Positions 63,406 to 64,000 of a stretch of DNA of 64,000 bases are shown one piece after another. The notes beneath the pieces were generated by a model. The model searched no databases. It saw only the letters and a list, made by a program, of their open reading frames with translations, and was not told where the DNA came from. The stretch is from NCBI GenBank assembly GCA_963772835.1, contig CAVYYZ010000012.1:160001-224000 (forward strand). The letters are read 5' to 3'. The position numbers and the translations under genes are program-made. The DNA comes from an uncultured delta proteobacterium. GTDB taxonomy: Bacteria > Desulfobacterota > Desulfuromonadia > Geobacterales > Pseudopelobacteraceae. Numbering within the stretch: the first letter of the stretch is position 1; each line of letters begins with the position of its first letter.

Positions 63406-64000
63406 TCACCTCACAACCACAAAGAGTCGATCAAATACATCCCGGATTTTGCCGGTCATTTCTTCGTAATCACTGATCAGGAGAGCGCCCGGATTCTTCA
63501 GCTTCGAATCGTAACCGAGACGTCGTGCCAGCTTGTTCAAGTAGACTTTCGTGCCGGAGAGATCATTCACCGAGTAGTCATGGATAATCCGCAGCCGGTT
63601 TTCAAGTTTACGCAGGAATTTGTATCCCGCCAGGAGCGTTTGGGCACTTCCTTCGGGCAAAAGTCCCAGCGCACTGATCTCCTTCAGCGCAACGATCGTG
63701 CTGGGGGTGCGAAGTTCCGGTGAGCGATACCCCTCACGAAGTTGAAGATACTGAACTGTAAACTCAACATCAACCATCCCGCCACGTCCGGTTTTGATAT
63801 TGTAGCTGCCGTCCGTCTCTCTGGCCAGCTCGTTTTCCATCCGCATTCTAAGGCGGTAGATTTCCTGACGGCCATCGTCATCTATCGTTGAACCATAAAT
63901 CGTATGGCGGATAATGTCATGCAACTGGCCGGCCAGCGTTCCATCTCCCAGCACTACACGTGCTTTGGTAAGTGCCTGCCGCTCCCAGATCTGTGCCTCC
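63406..64000 (-). CDS. glnE: Glutamine synthetase adenylyltransferase, C-terminal part (5'-truncated by window edge)
   Basis: Reverse strand reads WERQAL.KAR at the edge, then NIKTGRGGMVDVEFTVQYLQL, YKFLRKLENRLR. Confidence 0.92.
   Translation of the reverse strand, partial: EAQIWERQALTKARVVLGDGTLAGQLHDIIRHTIYGSTIDDDGRQEIYRLRMRMENELARETDGSYNIKTGRGGMVDVEFTVQYLQLREGYRSPELRTPSTIVALKEISALGLLPEGSAQTLLAGYKFLRKLENRLRIIHDYSVNDLSGTKVYLNKLARRLGYDSKLKNPGALLISDYEEMTGKIRDVFDRLFVVVR

Noticed and set aside
63400..63410. Selenocysteine or readthrough fusion of GlnE to the cyclase
   Set aside because: GlnE appears complete at this TGA, no SECIS-like hairpin is evident in the AT-rich downstream sequence, and an SD plus ATA start is simpler

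Overview
Window from a Geobacteraceae-like (Desulfobacterota) chromosome, judged from the PpcA-type triheme cytochrome c7 and the gene content. About 1-39 kb is mostly housekeeping: typA, cbiET/cbiL, ppdK, gspG, c7 cytochrome, a short MutY-like gene, uvrB, a histidine kinase/diguanylate cyclase cluster, gltX, an acyl-CoA ligase, a TPP-riboswitch thiSGE operon, a SAM-I-riboswitch metX-ttcA unit, hisZ-purA, a GH13 enzyme, a TPR protein and def-fmt. From about 39.5 to 63.4 kb lies an accessory block, the best candidate for an undescribed system. It has a CHASE2 adenylate cyclase, a TpsB transporter, a ~3,250-aa two-partner-secretion adhesin (split by one frameshift) with ~25 glycine-rich, often Tyr-tipped loop repeats, and an overlapping FecR-domain protein. 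These sit next to a tailoring cassette: a sulfotransferase with its own PAPS supply (TauE, CysD, CysNC, no reductases), a methyltransferase, two paralogous PaaK-like ligases and an ornithine-cyclodeaminase-like enzyme. The adhesin and the FecR protein each end with one apparently unpaired cysteine, suggesting a disulfide tether. The window ends in the 3' part of glnE. Functional links inside the block are inferences from gene context and motifs; no searches were run.
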